From Chrysomallon squamiferum (lineage: Eukaryota; Animalia; Mollusca): a stretch of 64,000 nt of DNA. The position numbers were made by a program, and so were the translations under genes. Shown here piece by piece: positions 12,771 to 28,179 of this stretch. The notes under the pieces were generated by a model that had not been told where the DNA came from, searched no databases, and saw only the letters and a program-made list of their open reading frames with translations. The number at the start of each line of letters is the position of its first letter. The stretch's first letter is position 1. The stretch covers positions 7,750,001 through 7,814,000 of the forward strand of contig CM022669.1 in assembly GCA_012295275.1 (NCBI GenBank). The letters are read 5' to 3'.

Positions 12771-15700
12771 TCCATTGTCAAATAATGTGGTATATCACCT
12801 GATATACAAAATTTAATACAACCCACATAATTAACAATAACCCCCAAGAATAAAGCTGTACAGCACATTTACCACAGAACTTAGATTCAGATTATAGATG
12901 TATTTATATGGAGTAAAAGTAAATGTATTATTCAATCCATGAATAACATTTTTAAAAATAGGTTTTATTAATTAGTTTGTCTTTTACGAGACAGTCAAAA
13001 TGAGATGGTAAAAACAACCCTATAATGTGACGACTCTGTAAATACTGAGCTTGTCGTGTTTATGTAATCTCAGCTGGAAATGAAGTCTTGCTCCAGTGCT
13101 TTGTCTGGCCAAGTATTAACATTTCTGGCAGAGAAACATACAAATTAACGAGCTAGTGAAAGTACTAGGAATACACAATAAGTCAATAAAATCATAGACA
13201 TTTCCAACAAATTGGTCTGATGACTTCAGGTGCCAATCTGTAATATTATTCTTGGCAATGGAGTATTTTGAAAAGTCAGAAATTACATGTTAATCTAAGT
13301 AAGTATTGAGAAATGCAGACGAATTATGTATGTGGATGTGGGTGAATGCATGTGTATGTGTGGGCATGTTAATGCATGCTCATGTTTGTAGGGATATATC
13401 AGTGCATGCCTCTTTGAGTAAATCAAATTCATCTGTTCTGTCAGTTTAAAATGCAGTTTGTTTATGTTTATGTTTGAAATATGCCAGTAAATAAATAATT
13501 ATCTTAGATGATTAATTACTTCATGTCACTTTGTTACTTCTCATGTTTAATGGTATTTGAAAAATATCCAGAAAGCTGTCTCCATGAAATTTACAAAAAA
13601 CCCCAAAAAACCCTCTGTGCTTCTTTAATTTGCATGGTCATCTTTGAAATTAATTAGCAGATGGTTTAAATGATCCTAAATTTTTCTGATAAAAAATTAT
13701 CTTGAGTAGATTTACAGGGAAAAGAAAAAAAAAAGGAATAGTTTGAATAAAGCAGAATGAACAAGAACACCAAAGAGTAATAATTAAAAAAATTAAATGT
13801 TAACACTACAACAAAAACAACACAACAGCAGCAACAACAATAAACAAACAAACAAACAAACAAACAAACATAAATAAATAATAATAATAAAAAAATAAAC
13901 TTAATTTTGTCATGTATGATGAAAGAATTCAAATCAATAGCAAAAATCAAATGATATATATGAAAAAGAAAGTATAAAATTTCTCAGAGGAATAAGATGG
14001 AATCAGTTTATTGTGATACCAGTGGTTCTCGCAGACAAATGGCTTTCATTTTTATGTGTGTCTGATTCAGTCTGACCAAGTGGTTGCCAATTTAATGCAT
14101 TTAGCTATAAAATTGTATGAAATGAGTATAATTGGGGGTCTGTAAATCTTCTATTCATAGCCATAGCTCCTCTACAGGGAGAAATTTAAAATGTGATTGT
14201 CTTTAGTTTTGTGCCAGCATCTTGATCAAAGCACGAACACACATCTTGTTTCTGTGTGTGAATTTAATGTAGACTGACAGACAGCAAACCAAAACTGAAC
14301 ATAAATATAACTTGAATAAATATTATTCATTGTTTATTATGTCTTATAATTATTAACTTAATTATTAACTGCAGAAAAACTGAAACAAAAACAACAAACC
14401 AGGATGGATTTAGTTAAATAATATTTACCAAAGCTTAACAAAGTTTGTTTTCCTAACAGAAACAAACAGCATAGAATTAGGTAAAATAATATATGGACCT
14501 TTTTATCTTCCTGAGAGAAACGTTGCTGTAACACTCAACTCTATAAAAACTAATTTATTTTTACATAATGGAAACACTATCAAATTAGCAAAACAATTAA
14601 TAACCCTTGGTATTTCTCTCATGGAAAATGTATAAACTCATTTACTGTTTCCTGGCAATATATTTATTTCAGATAGTCTCTGTGACGATGGGTAATTTAT
14701 TAGCTGTTTGTAAAGCAGTATTATTCATAACCCTAGACAAACTGAATGAAGGAAGTTAATAGAATCCAGCACTACTTAATAGATGGATGTAGATAAAATC
14801 TTGTTCTGCAACTCTTTATTCATTAACTGTCTAGTCAGTGTATGTATTGTCTGTCAGAATGTTCTCCATTGTCTTCTGGGTATGTGCTGTGTATGAAAGA
14901 ATTCTTCATTAGATTTGAGTTACAGCTTTTTGTGGACAAAATTTTTTGGATCTGGGTTTTAAACTGGGATTGTGGAGACATTAGTGGTGTTGCTATGATA
15001 GAAACTTGTGTTGAATTGTTTATTTGAGGGGTTTTTTTTACTCAGTAATAGCATGTTTCTGAATGTGTTGTGGATTAAGTTTCCAAAGGATTTTTAATGT
15101 GGATCTGGAGTGATTTCAGTTTGTTTTTAAAATGGATTTTTCTTGTCAGACTTTTTTTTTTTTATTCTGGGACAGTTGTGTTTTATAAATGGTTTGTTTT
15201 ATGATTTACATTTCTGTCAGCACTTTTCAAATCACCTTTTTTCCTGGCCCCTTTTATAAACAACCATTTATTTTAGTTTTAAATTCTGTTCTCTTTCTTT
15301 CTTTTAACTTTTTTCTTTTTTTTAATGTATTTGAATTTTCCTTGGCAACGTATTTGTTTCAGACAGTTTCTTTGATGATGGATTATTCATTTATTGTTTT
15401 CTTTCTTTCTAAATTTTTTGTTTATTTATCATTATTATTATTATGTTTTTAAAATTAAATTGGCTTTAATTAATTCAGAGCTGTTTAATTTCTGGTAAGA
15501 AAAGTTGTTGGTGTTTGTAACATCTTTACCCAACAGCATAATTTTTTTTTTTTTTTTATTTTTTTTTTTGCATTTGTACACACACATATATATATAAGGA
15601 AAATAGATAAACAAAGAATTTTCACATATTATGTTAGAAGCTCTTATTACCTTTGTAAGTGCAGTGGAACGCAGCGATCAGTTTTAATTAATTTGCTACA

Positions 15701-18696
15701 AAAACATGTCTGAATTTTATGGCTGAGATAAATGATTGAGACAGATTTGTTTAATGATGAAATAGCCAAGCTGATTAACAATGCTGTTAGCATTTATAAC
15801 AGAGCTGACATTTTCATTAACCATAATATCTACTGTTAGATTGGGGATTTGGTTTTTTTTTTAAAGACATTTAAATATATAAATAAATATCCATTCTTTA
15901 AATAAGATAAAGCTGTTATAGCTTCTAAACATGGTAAATTATTTATTTATATAATGAATGTAAATGCACTGTGTTTGTTAGAGAAGAACATTTACTGAAA
16001 AATCATTTCTTATTATAATAATAATAATTATTATAATAAAGCTATTGAATTGTTTTTCAAAAAGACACTTAAACTGATAAACTGAACAATACATTAATCA
16101 GTAAAGAACAGATAAATTTAAATGTTCTTTAGTTCTTGGAAAACAAACAAAATGAAACTCAAGTAAATCTGATGTACAGTTTAAATGGGATAAAATAAAA
16201 TTAAAAAAGAAGTCAAAAAATAAATAAAATAAAGCTACAAAATAATGTTCAATACACATTATTTCTGGAATAGACAAAAAAAGATCGATCAGCATCAACT
16301 CTTGGTTTAAAAATTTAAGACCTCTTGAGAAAAGCTTATGTCTGGCTGTGTAAGTGGGTTGTTGTTGTTGTTGTTTCTAAATAAGACCTGCTCTGTCGAA
16401 TGTTAACTGATTTTGACCTAAGACACATGCTGGATGAGACAGAATGGACTAAGACATGTCTGAGTAAGTCCTAAACCTCATTGACTTTCACATTTTTTAT
16501 TGATCTCACTTAATATAGACAAAAACCTTCTCATACTGAATCACTCATTCTGCAGTTTCATGTTCCTGTCTCTGCAGTAAAATATGAAGTTAGTGTCTGC
16601 AGCATTGTTATAGGTTAACAAGACTGAGAGTTATGTATCTGGACTGCAAGGTTGTAAATATCAGGTTTGAAGGTTTCTAAATGGTATTCGGATTGCAGGA
16701 CTGAAAATAGTATTAAATTTGTAGGATTCCACATGTTGTTCGGGTTGTAGGTTAGTAAATATCTGGGTTGAAGGTTTGTTTCTACATGATATCAAAACTG
16801 TAGAACTGTAAAGGATATCACGATTGCAGGATTATAAATGACACTAGCTTTCAGAGATTCTGTTGGGCAGGAGTTTGTAATTATTGGAAATAGTTTTGTT
16901 ATTAGATTTTTGTTAATGTTTTTTTCTTCGTAATGAAGTTTACTTATGTTGACTCATGTGGAAGTTTTGCAGAGAAAGTGTTTTAGACAGACTGCACAGT
17001 GACAGGTCAGGTAATGGAATGTCATGGAATTCTATCAGCTGTATTGATCAGAGCAGTTTTATTTCATCTTTCTCTCTACAGCGTATTGCTCTTTTTGAAA
17101 TCACAGTCACAGGAAGCTGGGTGTTACATCCAGATGTCAGAAATAGGTGAAAACAGTTTCAGCTTTTTTTACTGAAGATCAGTGGAACTACTTGACAATA
17201 TTTCTGATCTGCAAGACGGGCTGTAACAGAAGAATCTGCTTTATCAGTTCTGTAGTTAAAAACGGCTTGTTCAGAAACACACACATAGATAAAACACTGG
17301 GTTGTTTTAAACAGGCATGCAGCATTTGGACTTTTACTTTACACAGGAATGTTTTGTTTATCAGTGGAATGACTCATTAATTTTTCAGATAACATCTGTG
17401 CAGGAGTTGGATAAAAATTGTCAGTTTAACAATATCAGCAATTGTGAAAGTTCTAGAGATATATATATATAATAATGATTTAGATCAGCTATTTAAATTT
17501 TTTTTATCTATCAACGTTATTTGGTTGGCTCATGGATATTTTCTTTCCACTGGAATAATCTTCTTTTTTTTTTTTTTTTTTTTTTTTCTTTCATGCATCA
17601 ATAAGTTTAACTCTAGTTAACAAATCTTTATTGCAGGTACAAAAACATTCTAAAAGCTTCTGAGATAAATACTTGCTGTTAAAATGTATTTATTGCCCAT
17701 TCTGCCTTTCAGAATGCTTTTTCTGAGTGATACATTTGTAGATAAATGCCTGGTTACCGAATCTTTACTGCCAGTTCTAAAATTGAGGTTGTTGATGTGT
17801 GTTTGGTGTTGAAGCATATCTATTGCTGTTTTCTAATAGTTCATTGTGGAGAGACTGATGTTTCTACATGCCTGGATTTAACAAATTTCTTGCCTTGTTT
17901 TGAAGTCAAACCTTGCTCTGAAAGACATGTTTGTAAACACCTGGGTTAAAAGCATCTCTGTTACTGACTGTGTATTTCTAACAGTTTGTTCTGAATGAGA
18001 CACATATGATAATAAATATCTTATGTTGAACAATCTCATTTACAAAGTCTAAAAGAACTTGTAAAAAATCAGCAGAGAGGTTTTATGTTAAACTATCTTT
18101 AAGTCAGTTCATATTTTTCAAAGCATCAGTTTCTGAACTGTGTATGGATGCAGACAATTTGTGGTTATTTGTAAAGATTACAAAAATATTTACAACTTAA
18201 ACTGCAACACAATGGAATCTCACTTTATCCCAGGATCTGTTTTTCCTTAAAGAAGATTATCATTTCAAAGTTACATTATTATTATTATTTTTTTTACAAA
18301 CAGCAGTTTAGACAATAATATTAAAAAACAATGATTGATAAAACACCATTTCCTACAAGTGTGTTGATGATTCATTGTCTTCTTCCTGTGTTTTCACCCA
18401 CTGGCACCTAAAAAATGAGGTAACTAAGGAAATTCTGTTTTCAGTGACTGGTTCCAGTTAGATCTGACAATTTAGAATCTGTCTTACCTTGACACATCAA
18501 CATCAGAAATTTCTGTTTACCTACTGAAAAAAGAAAAACAAAATTTTTCCTGAATTAAAACAAATTTCAACACGACTATCTGAACATGCTCAGTGACATG
18601 TAATTGTCATTTAACCAATCAGGTTTGAAGACTGACTCAAACTTATCACTTGTAAGACAGTATATATCATGTTTTTGTAATATAAATGCTAAAAAG

Positions 18697-18831
18697 ATGG
18701 CAAATCTTTTGAAAAAATCGATGGATCGAATGAGAAAACGCTTGAAAGACATTGACCAGCAGAGTGTCACCTCCACAGACAGCGATGATTCCTTTTACTG
18801 GGATGGCATGTTTGATAAAGTTGTGTATCAG
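18697..18831 (+). CDS. MCTP1: Putative alternative N-terminal exon B (MANLLKKSMDRMRKRLKDIDQQSVTSTDSDDSFYWDGMFDKVVYQ)
   Basis: AAGATGG strong start context, 45 codons of protein-like sequence, consensus CAG|GTAAGT donor in phase 0. Confidence 0.72.
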
Positions 18832-18848
18832 GTAAGTTTTTATACAAT

Positions 18849-19160
18849 CAGTGATTTATTAATAATTATTTAATACCAAAATCAGCTGCTATCTAAAATA
18901 ATGGTTTCAGTAGCAACAATGACAAACCAGTTAAAAAAACCCAAACAAAAACAGAACAAACATCATGTAACATTTTTTAAAAAAAACCTTAGTGATATAT
19001 TAATAATTTTTATAACTAAAATCAGTTGCTTTCTAATGATATCAGTAACAACAATGACAAAACAACAGTTAAAAAACCACAAACAAAAACAACAAAAGTT
19101 AAAATATATATATAAAAAAAAAATCATCAATGATTAGTATTTTTAATACTAAAATCACCA
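18849..19160. repeat. Local tandem duplication (~140-bp unit, two copies plus a partial third)
   Basis: agtgat..attaataatt...aaaatcag..gct...cagta.caacaatgacaaa...cagttaaaaa recurs at ~18850 and ~18991; partial near 19130. Confidence 0.8.
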
Positions 19161-19686
19161 ATGTTTAGTTTTTTTTTAAACATTTTATGTTTGTTTTTAT
19201 TTTTTTAAATTCCCGGTGTATTGCCTGCATGTTAAATTAACATAAATCAGTTGACTATTTTCAGTACACATCTATTTAATCTGTCAAGCACATGCATGAT
19301 GACATCAGTAAAGTCTTTCAGTGTCGGTTTTATTCCTTTCTTTCCATGCATTTTGCCTGTTAAAATGAAGAGAATTACAACTAAATTTCAGTGCAGCTAG
19401 TTCATTTGTTAGATTTTGGATATTAGTGAATGTTGAGAGAGTTATTTAGTGCAACATAAAACAAATTTTGTCTAGCCGATGTTTGGTATTTTAAAATAAA
19501 CAGCTGTTAGATGTCAGACTCACTTCTGTTTTTATCTAAAATGTAATTTTGAAAACTAACAGTGATGAATGACAGGACACAGAGAGTGCACCATTATGGA
19601 CTACTCTTTTTGTTAGCAATAAGGAATTTATAATAGGAGCCTTCTCATAGATAAAAAAACCCCAATAAACTGACATATTTCTAATC

Positions 19687-19815
19687 AAATATTAAATATC
19701 ATGTTTACCTGATATTAAATATTATGTTTACCTGATATTAAATATTATATTTATCTGATACTAAATTTTATATTTATCTGATATTAAATTTTATATTTAT
19801 CTGATATTAAATATA
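19687..19815. repeat. ~23-bp minisatellite (CTGATATTAAATATTATGTTTAC)
   Basis: Five to six tandem units. Confidence 0.85.
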
Positions 19816-22800
19816 TTAGTTATCACATTCTATGGGAATTCACTTATGTATCCATATTTAGATGAATACTGAGGACAGTGTAGGAAGAAACAACTCATAG
19901 AAAACAGAGAATTGTTCAAAGTCCTAAAGGAACAATATAATTATTTTTTGTGACTTTGCATGCATACTCCTCCTTAATCCTGAATATAATGGTCGTTAGC
20001 AAATTTTCCATGACAAAAGATTATTGGCATTTTCATTAACACTATTCTCTAGCATTGCTTGAGTGTTTCACTTTGTAATTGATGTAGGAGGAATGTATTG
20101 TAGCTATTAAACAGAACCAATAACATCAATATCATCAGTGTCAAAACTGAAAACAACAATTATAACAACCACATCATCATCACCACCTACAATAACGCAA
20201 CAAGAATAAAATAGTTAATATAGTCCTAATTAGGTATCTAAAATATCATTTGATGTTATGCTGTGATTTCTTATTTGGATTTGCTGTTTTTCTCTTTTTT
20301 TTCAGTCCTGTTTACAATAATGCAGATAATGCTGCACATTTTCTCATCTATATCATGAGAACATTTGTATCCTTTTCTTCATCTTAAGTTACTGAATATC
20401 AGTGTCCTTTTGTTCAAATCAGTATTATGTTAGCCCAGATTTGACTTATAAACAAAAATCTAAATAATGACAAAAAAAATAAATATGCATAAAAATAAAA
20501 AAAATAAAATAATATCTCATTTTTTACATTGTAAAATAAATAAGAAAAATCTGCCTGCTGAACACCAAATAACCATTAATAACAGAATATGTTGAGATGT
20601 CATTAAACAAATATCCATTAATTTCAGATGAGTTATTACTTCAAACTCTGCTGCTCACTTTGCCAGCACACTTGTTCATGTATTTGCTAGCATCATCCGT
20701 CATTTCTTTTACTGAGAAATTGGACAGAAAAAACATTTGCTTGATTAATTAGCTACAAAGGCAAATTTTCTGTCATTCAGTCTTATAATATTTCATTATA
20801 AAGATTTCAGAAGAAAGTTTAAACTTTTTTTTTTTTTACTTTAGCAACAAATTATATCTTTTTTCTTGTTCTTTCCATTAATTAGGGAACATCTGCCTTG
20901 TCCTTTCATAGCATAATTATTTGAAATCTTAGCTAGAAAACAGATGTGAACATGCAGTCACTTTCTGAAGAAGAAGAAGAATAAAAAAAAAATATATATA
21001 TAGATATATCTGAAATAGTTTTTAATTAAAAGCTATATAATAATGGTGTTTCTTGTTTTAGGAACTCTTCAACATTGATCTTAACTAAACTGACAGACAC
21101 ACACACACACATTCAGAGCTGATATACACAACGAGAGTAAAATAATACCAATACCACACATTAATTCACACAAAGATGAACACTCTTACACAAACTCATC
21201 TACAGTTAAACATTAAAGATACACACACAGATACAGACACACACACACACAGTGACACATTCTGAAACACAAAAAAATAAACCTGTGAAAGAATCTTGAC
21301 AAGCAAGTCACTCTGAGACAGACGGTGAGTTCTGTAAAGTGTTACTGGAATATCTACTGATGACAGATTAACTTATTTATCATTCAGAGACTATTGATTG
21401 GTCATTAGTTATTTCTAGCTTTATTCTGCCTTTGCTGATTCCAGTCTCGTACACAGATATCTCCATATGATCATTAATTCATTGTCACATATCCTCAGAT
21501 ACTCTCCATAATCATCAATTCATACCCATATCCTGTTAGTTATTCCATATATCATCAGTTCAATGTCAAGTATCATTACATACTTCAGATAATATCACTT
21601 CATTGCCATAAGTTGCATTCAGTTGTTTGAAATAATTTGTCATTTGTCATAACGAATGAATTTTTGATTTATCAATCCAAAATTCAGCAGACTTCAGTAG
21701 AACAAAGAACTGGCAGAGTAATTCCTTTCAGTCACAAGCAGTCCCTGAACTTGCCTCTGGGTCATTGGATGTCTTCAGTAACTGATGCATTGCTCAACAT
21801 GGGGGGGGAGCAGTCTCACCCATGTGGTCTTCATGTATGTTAGCATAGATAATCTAATGCACATCTTGTGACTTTGTAATTGTTAATGTTTTAAATCACA
21901 TATTTCAAATTATGATTATGGTGTAATAATAGCAAATATCAACATTTTAAAATATTTGCAATTTAGCAGATGTTGATATACAAACTGCCACTTTTAGTCT
22001 GTTAAATCTAGGGTCTACTGTACTTTGAAAAGAAATTTGGGTATGACCTCTTGGTGCAAACATCACAAAAGACTGAGGAAACAAATTCGTATCAATAACT
22101 TTTACAAGAAGGGGTTTGTGACATGATACTGATCAAAGTCATAAAAGACTGAATCCAGCTTCTTCATGTATTGATTATTTTTGTTGGTTTTTTTTCCCTT
22201 GGTCTACATGAAGTCTGTTATATGTGAAGATCAAATTGCTTTCATAACATTCAGCTGTCATATTTCCTTATTATGGTAGAAAGATGATGTATTTTTCTCT
22301 CTCTCTCTCTTTTGCTTAAAGAAAAATATGCAGCATGTCTTAAACAAAATAAAATTTCTGGTTCTGTCTGTGTATGTGTTTTTGTATGTGTGTATGTTAA
22401 TCTAACTCTGTTTAGTTACAAAAAAACAAAATTAAAATTAGTTCTGCTTGTGTTTAATTTATTAGTTTCCATGTAGGAAAATCACAGAAGAAACTTACAA
22501 ACAAGAATTGAAATATACCTTCTTTACATCCATTATTATTAATTTTTTTTTTTTAAATTATTTATCTCCCTATGAATATTTGTTTGTATTTCTGTTTATT
22601 TTTCACACTGATGTATTTCAGTATGTATTTGTTCATTTGATTGTATGCGTTTCACTATATCTTTAATTCATAATGGCAGCAACTACTACTTCATCTTTGC
22701 TTTACACTGAACATTATTTCTGCATTATTAGGACAAATCTGTTATTCACTGTGGCTTCATTAGATCCATCATGGGACATAATTTATTACCAGGGACCACG

Positions 22801-25800
22801 TCTTTCATACTGAGTGTGGGTTATTTTTAATTTGTTTTGGGCATATGACAGTAATCCAGTGAAATAAGAAAATACTGCAGATTTGCACTACACACACCCA
22901 GACACACCCACACACCCACACACACACACACACACACACAGACACACACACACAAACACACCCGTCTATGTTCTGCAGAAAAGAAAACAAATGCAGTATA
23001 ATTATGATGAAGCTTAATGATTACTGAATCTATGAGTTACTGATGAGTTACCAATTTCAGTTAATTAAAGAGAGACTTAATGAATAGCTGGTTCTGTTGT
23101 TTAAAATAGCAGTCTAATAGGTTTGTCATTGGAATTCAGCTCAGTTCTATTTAGAATATCTGAAATGTCGTTGGTCAGATGTTTTCATTTTTCACATTTG
23201 TATCTTTTGTTGTTGCTGCTGTTGTGTCAAAAAAAATGTGGAATTATTTATCACATTGAATTTCAAACTGGTTTGGAAATAAACAAACACACTGCAGAGA
23301 AACCTGTTTACATGTTTGTCTGCCTATGATTTTACATGCATGTCTGTGTGCACAAATAAATCCATTTATATTTTATGCATACATGTGCACATAATACATA
23401 AACATGCATGCAAACCTATACATTCATACACAAGAACACACATACACATGTATATGCATGTATATGCATAGATACACATACACATAACTAGACATACATA
23501 CTTTTATAGACATACATAGCTATATTCATACATACAAATACACACACACACACACACACATAGGCATACACAAACATATAATCACACATATGTAAACACA
23601 TTTAAAGTAAATATCTGCTGTAAAGTGTTGTTTCAGCTGTTATAATGTGAGGTAATGTTTTTACAACTTACAGCTGTTTCACTTGTACATTTACAGGACT
23701 GATCTCACCTAACATTCTCACCTAACCTCAAAAAGAAATCGGTAGAATAGCAACAGGTTTTCCTTCTCATCATTACTGAAAAATTGTATCTGTTAACACT
23801 AAAATATGCTAAAATGCTGATAAATATGCATTTCAAAAATTATAACAATTGATTGGTTGATTCAAACTTCTGAAGTCTCCTACAAATCAGAAAATTATAA
23901 ACTCAGAAAGATAAATAAGAATCCACTCACATATTTAGTTTACATGTTGCAGTTTGTCACATTATAATAAAACATAAGACATACATAAAAAAAAAAAAAA
24001 TTAAAAAAAATAAAAAGATGAAGAAGAAAACAAAAAGAAATAAAATAAAATGTGAATATGTGATTAGATATTTAGATACAATGATTCTGTTCATGTTTAT
24101 CACTGGTAGGAGGTTAATGTAAGGCTAGTTAATTGAATGTAAAACTTAGGTGTTGTGAAATAAAGGTATATTTGCTTGTGTGTGTATTTGTGTGTGTGTA
24201 TCTGTGTGTGTGCATGGGTGAACATTTTTGAGTGGTATTTTTTTTTTAGTATTATACATATTTTTTCAATGTGTATTTGTGTGCACGATTGTGTGTGTGT
24301 GTGTGTGATTGTTACTGTGTGTATATGTGTCTGTGTAACTACTGATTAATTGCTTGCTTGATTGATTAAAATGATATTTTACATTCCAATTGGCAAGAAA
24401 CATGTTTTGTTGATACTTTGAAATAATGTATATTTAATGTATATCTGACGTTTATCCACAATTAACTGTTTATTTATTTATAATATAATATATATATTAT
24501 TCCTTTTTTCTTTCTTTTTTGAATATAGATATAAAAATATATACTTAACCATATTTGAATTTGTGAATGCACAGACATGCTGTAAACAATTCATATATTC
24601 TTACATGCTTCTTTTTACTATTTTAATAATAATAATAATAAAAAAATAAAAAAGAAAATAAAACAAACAAAAACAATATATGAAAACAGCATCCCTACCT
24701 TCAAAAAATATTTAAAAAATACGACAATAATAGAAATAAATAAAACCACACTAGTCAATGCACCCTTTGTGCAAAACAAATCATGAGGAGAACAAAAGAT
24801 ACTGACAGCTTTATTGTTTAATTTGTTGTAGTCAGCACTGGGAGAAAAAAAATAAATCTATTTATTCAGTGTTTAGAATCAATACATCACCGACAGACTC
24901 GGCAGTTAAATCTGAGTTTCTCTTTTATTAAACACACTGAAAACTTCATTAGTAAGCTTCATGCAGCTGCAGGTTTCTTCTCGGTTTGGTTTTGTTTTTA
25001 TTTCATGTAGCTTGGTGTGTCTGAACTGTACAGTTTCATTTTCTAAAGTCACCATGACACCAGAGTAATATAATCAAGAAAGGGAGAAGAATTACGTTTG
25101 TTCTGTTTACGGTAGAAGTCGTATGAATGGTCAAATGTTTATCTGGAATAACATGATCAGTCCTTTTGTAGCAAATGTAGGGTAAATTTTAGAAAAAAAA
25201 AGTTTTCATTATTATTTATAAATAATCTCTGTATTTTCTGTTTTTGTTTCTATTTCTTTCTTCTGTATTTCCTGAATGATGAAATTAATTCATCTGTCTC
25301 ACTTTGTTTTTTTTTTTCTTAATTTCTTAATCTGTATTAACCTTTTTTCCTTCTTTTCCTTCTCATTTCTTTCTTTTCAATGACTTTTTTTATCACCTTG
25401 TCATCTTCTCTTTCCTTCTTTCTCTGTCTCTTTCTCTCACTTTTATTTTTTATCTTTCCTTTCTCTCACTTTCACTATCACCTCTTTTGTCCATCTCTCC
25501 ATTTTCCAAACTTCTCTCATTCTTTTTCTCATCTACTTCCATTCTCATCTGAATTCATGAACATGAATATCATTAATTCTCATAGAAACGTGATCAATAT
25601 CCTGCTTTAGTGACAAACATAAGTAAAAAAAAAAAAAAAAAAAGAGAGAGATAGAAAAAAAAAAGGTTTCTGTGAGAGTATGATTATGTATTTAAGTAAT
25701 TGCAGAGCAGTTCTCTTTCACATTAACTTGTAGACAGACAGATGGATGTCTGGACTTCTGTATGTTTGGTAAATGAGAACTAGCCTGACGTTATTGTTTT

Positions 25801-28179
25801 CCTATTAGTCTCAACAGACACTGATAATGATTTTATTATGTACTTATCTTTTAACATAATTTAGAGATTAAAAAGCTATTTGTTATTTGTTTAAAATAAT
25901 CTTACTATAAGTACAGTATTGATGTGGGGGTGTGTGGGGGGTTTTTTTTCATCTGTTTTTCAAATTTGAAACCAGTTCTGGGAATGATAATACATGCTGA
26001 CAAATTCATTAGCTGAAAACCCTAAAGCTTTGGAAAACCTTTTTTTTTTTTTTTTTTTTTTTTGCACAAATGCATCATTTGTGTATTTACAGTAATTAGA
26101 TTTTTACAAACCATTTTGAATGTTTTCCCTACAAATAAGCCTTGGTTGATGATTTGTTACATGAATTTAAGGTAAGGAATAGATGACTGTTGATAGTAAG
26201 AGCAGGACCTGTAGTAGTTGTTATTGTAGTAAAGTGGTAGTAACTGTAATGATAGTAGTAGTGGTAATAGTAGTTCTAGTAGTAGTAGTAGTATCAGTAA
26301 TAGTAGTGGTAGTAGTAACTGTATTATTGATTGTAGTAATAGTAATAATAGCAGTAATAGAACTAGAAGTACTAGTAACAGTAGTAGTTTTTCATATTTC
26401 TCTCTATTTAAGAGTCTTAAATTTAAGAGTTGGCAATAAAATTATTATGAATTTATTTCTTTAAGCCAACTTTTTGGTTAAAAAGCTTAAATATGCTAAC
26501 TTAACTACACACACACACACACAAAATAATTAAAAATAATTAATATAATTTTTAATTTTTTTTTAATTTCTGTTTATTAAATTGATAGAATATTACTTAT
26601 TACTGTCAGATGAAGAAGTATATGAATTAGAAACCAAAGAACACAAGTAATATTAATAATAACTATTTAAAATTAATAATAAATATAATAGTAATAAAAA
26701 TATGCAAAATATGACATGAATAAAATTATAATTATTTTGATGATGAGAATAAAATTAATTGCAGAAACAGATCAAAATAAAATATTGCATCAAAGAGGCT
26801 AATAACATTAATATCAAAGAACCTTTCAGAACCATGTGTTTAACTGGTTGTATAATAAATTTAAAGAAAAAAGAATGAAAAAAAATAAAAAACAGGAAAA
26901 TTAAATCTGTAAATAAATGTAAGAGATGCAAAGAAGATAAAATATGACACACTGACAGTAGTAATACTAATAGTTATTGTAATAGTTGTAGTGTTAATAA
27001 TAGCAGTAGAAGTAATGGTGGTTTGTAACAGAAGTACCAGCAACAGTAATAGTAGTAACAGCAATGATGATGGTGATAGTAATAGTAGTAGTAATAGTGA
27101 TAATAGTTATTCAGTAATACTAGTAGTAGTAGTAGTAGTAGTAATTGTTTAATAATACTAACAAAAGCTGCAATAGTAATGCTCATAATGGTACAATAGT
27201 TTTAATATTAGTAGTAGTAATATTTGTAGCTTATTAAAACTAATACTAAAACTTATTAAAACTAATTAAAAGTAATGGTAGTTGTAGTAGTAATAGTAAT
27301 GATACAGTAATTTTACAAATAATAGTAGAAGTCTGTGATACATAATTAATTTCTTTCTAATTTTACGGAAATTATTAATATATCAATAACAGGTTGGTTA
27401 AACATGATAGATCGATAATTCTGCCTTCATAGTGCATTGATTAGGTAATCATTTACAATCAGCGACTAGCATGTATAATTCTTAACTGTTACGCGTCTCC
27501 TTCCTATACTGATAGCATTAGCACCAGTTTGGGATAAACAAGAAATGGTGTAATGAAATATAACTATTTCTTGTTTATCCCACATTAGCATTACCCACTG
27601 CATTGTGAATATACTTGTTCTTGTATCCTGTTCATTTTGTTACAGAGAGAGAAATTTATAAATAAAAACATATTTACAACAATGCTAGGGATGCATGTAT
27701 ATATTCTCATATACATTCATATAAAGAACACACACACATACACAAACATATGCACACATAGACATGAATACACACATGCACACACATACACACACATACA
27801 CACACAGATACATATATGCATACATATATACACACACAAACATAAACATGCATTCTTGCTCATACATAATATATGTATGCACAGACAAAACCACAATTAT
27901 ATTCTGTATCATAACTGTTTTCAGCATTGTTGAATACCATGTTACCATTGATAAAAATACAGTAACTCAATCACACACAGATATTATATTGATGTCCATT
28001 TTCCCATGTTGCCCAAGTTATTCAGTGACAGTGTGACCCAGATACCTCTCCTAATGTTTTGAAATAACTGTATTAAAAAAAAAAAAAATAACACAACTGC
28101 ACATACTTATCACTCCAGCCTTCAGCAGTAGTAGATTTGTTTTCTCTTTCCAGTGATTTATTTATTTATTTTTCTTGTG

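Noticed and set aside
16338-17150. Short ATG-donor candidates (MSGC|GTAAGT; MLDETEWTKTCL; MWKFCRESVLDRLHSDRS)
   Set aside because: Too short to judge, or in phase 1 and so incompatible with 46435.
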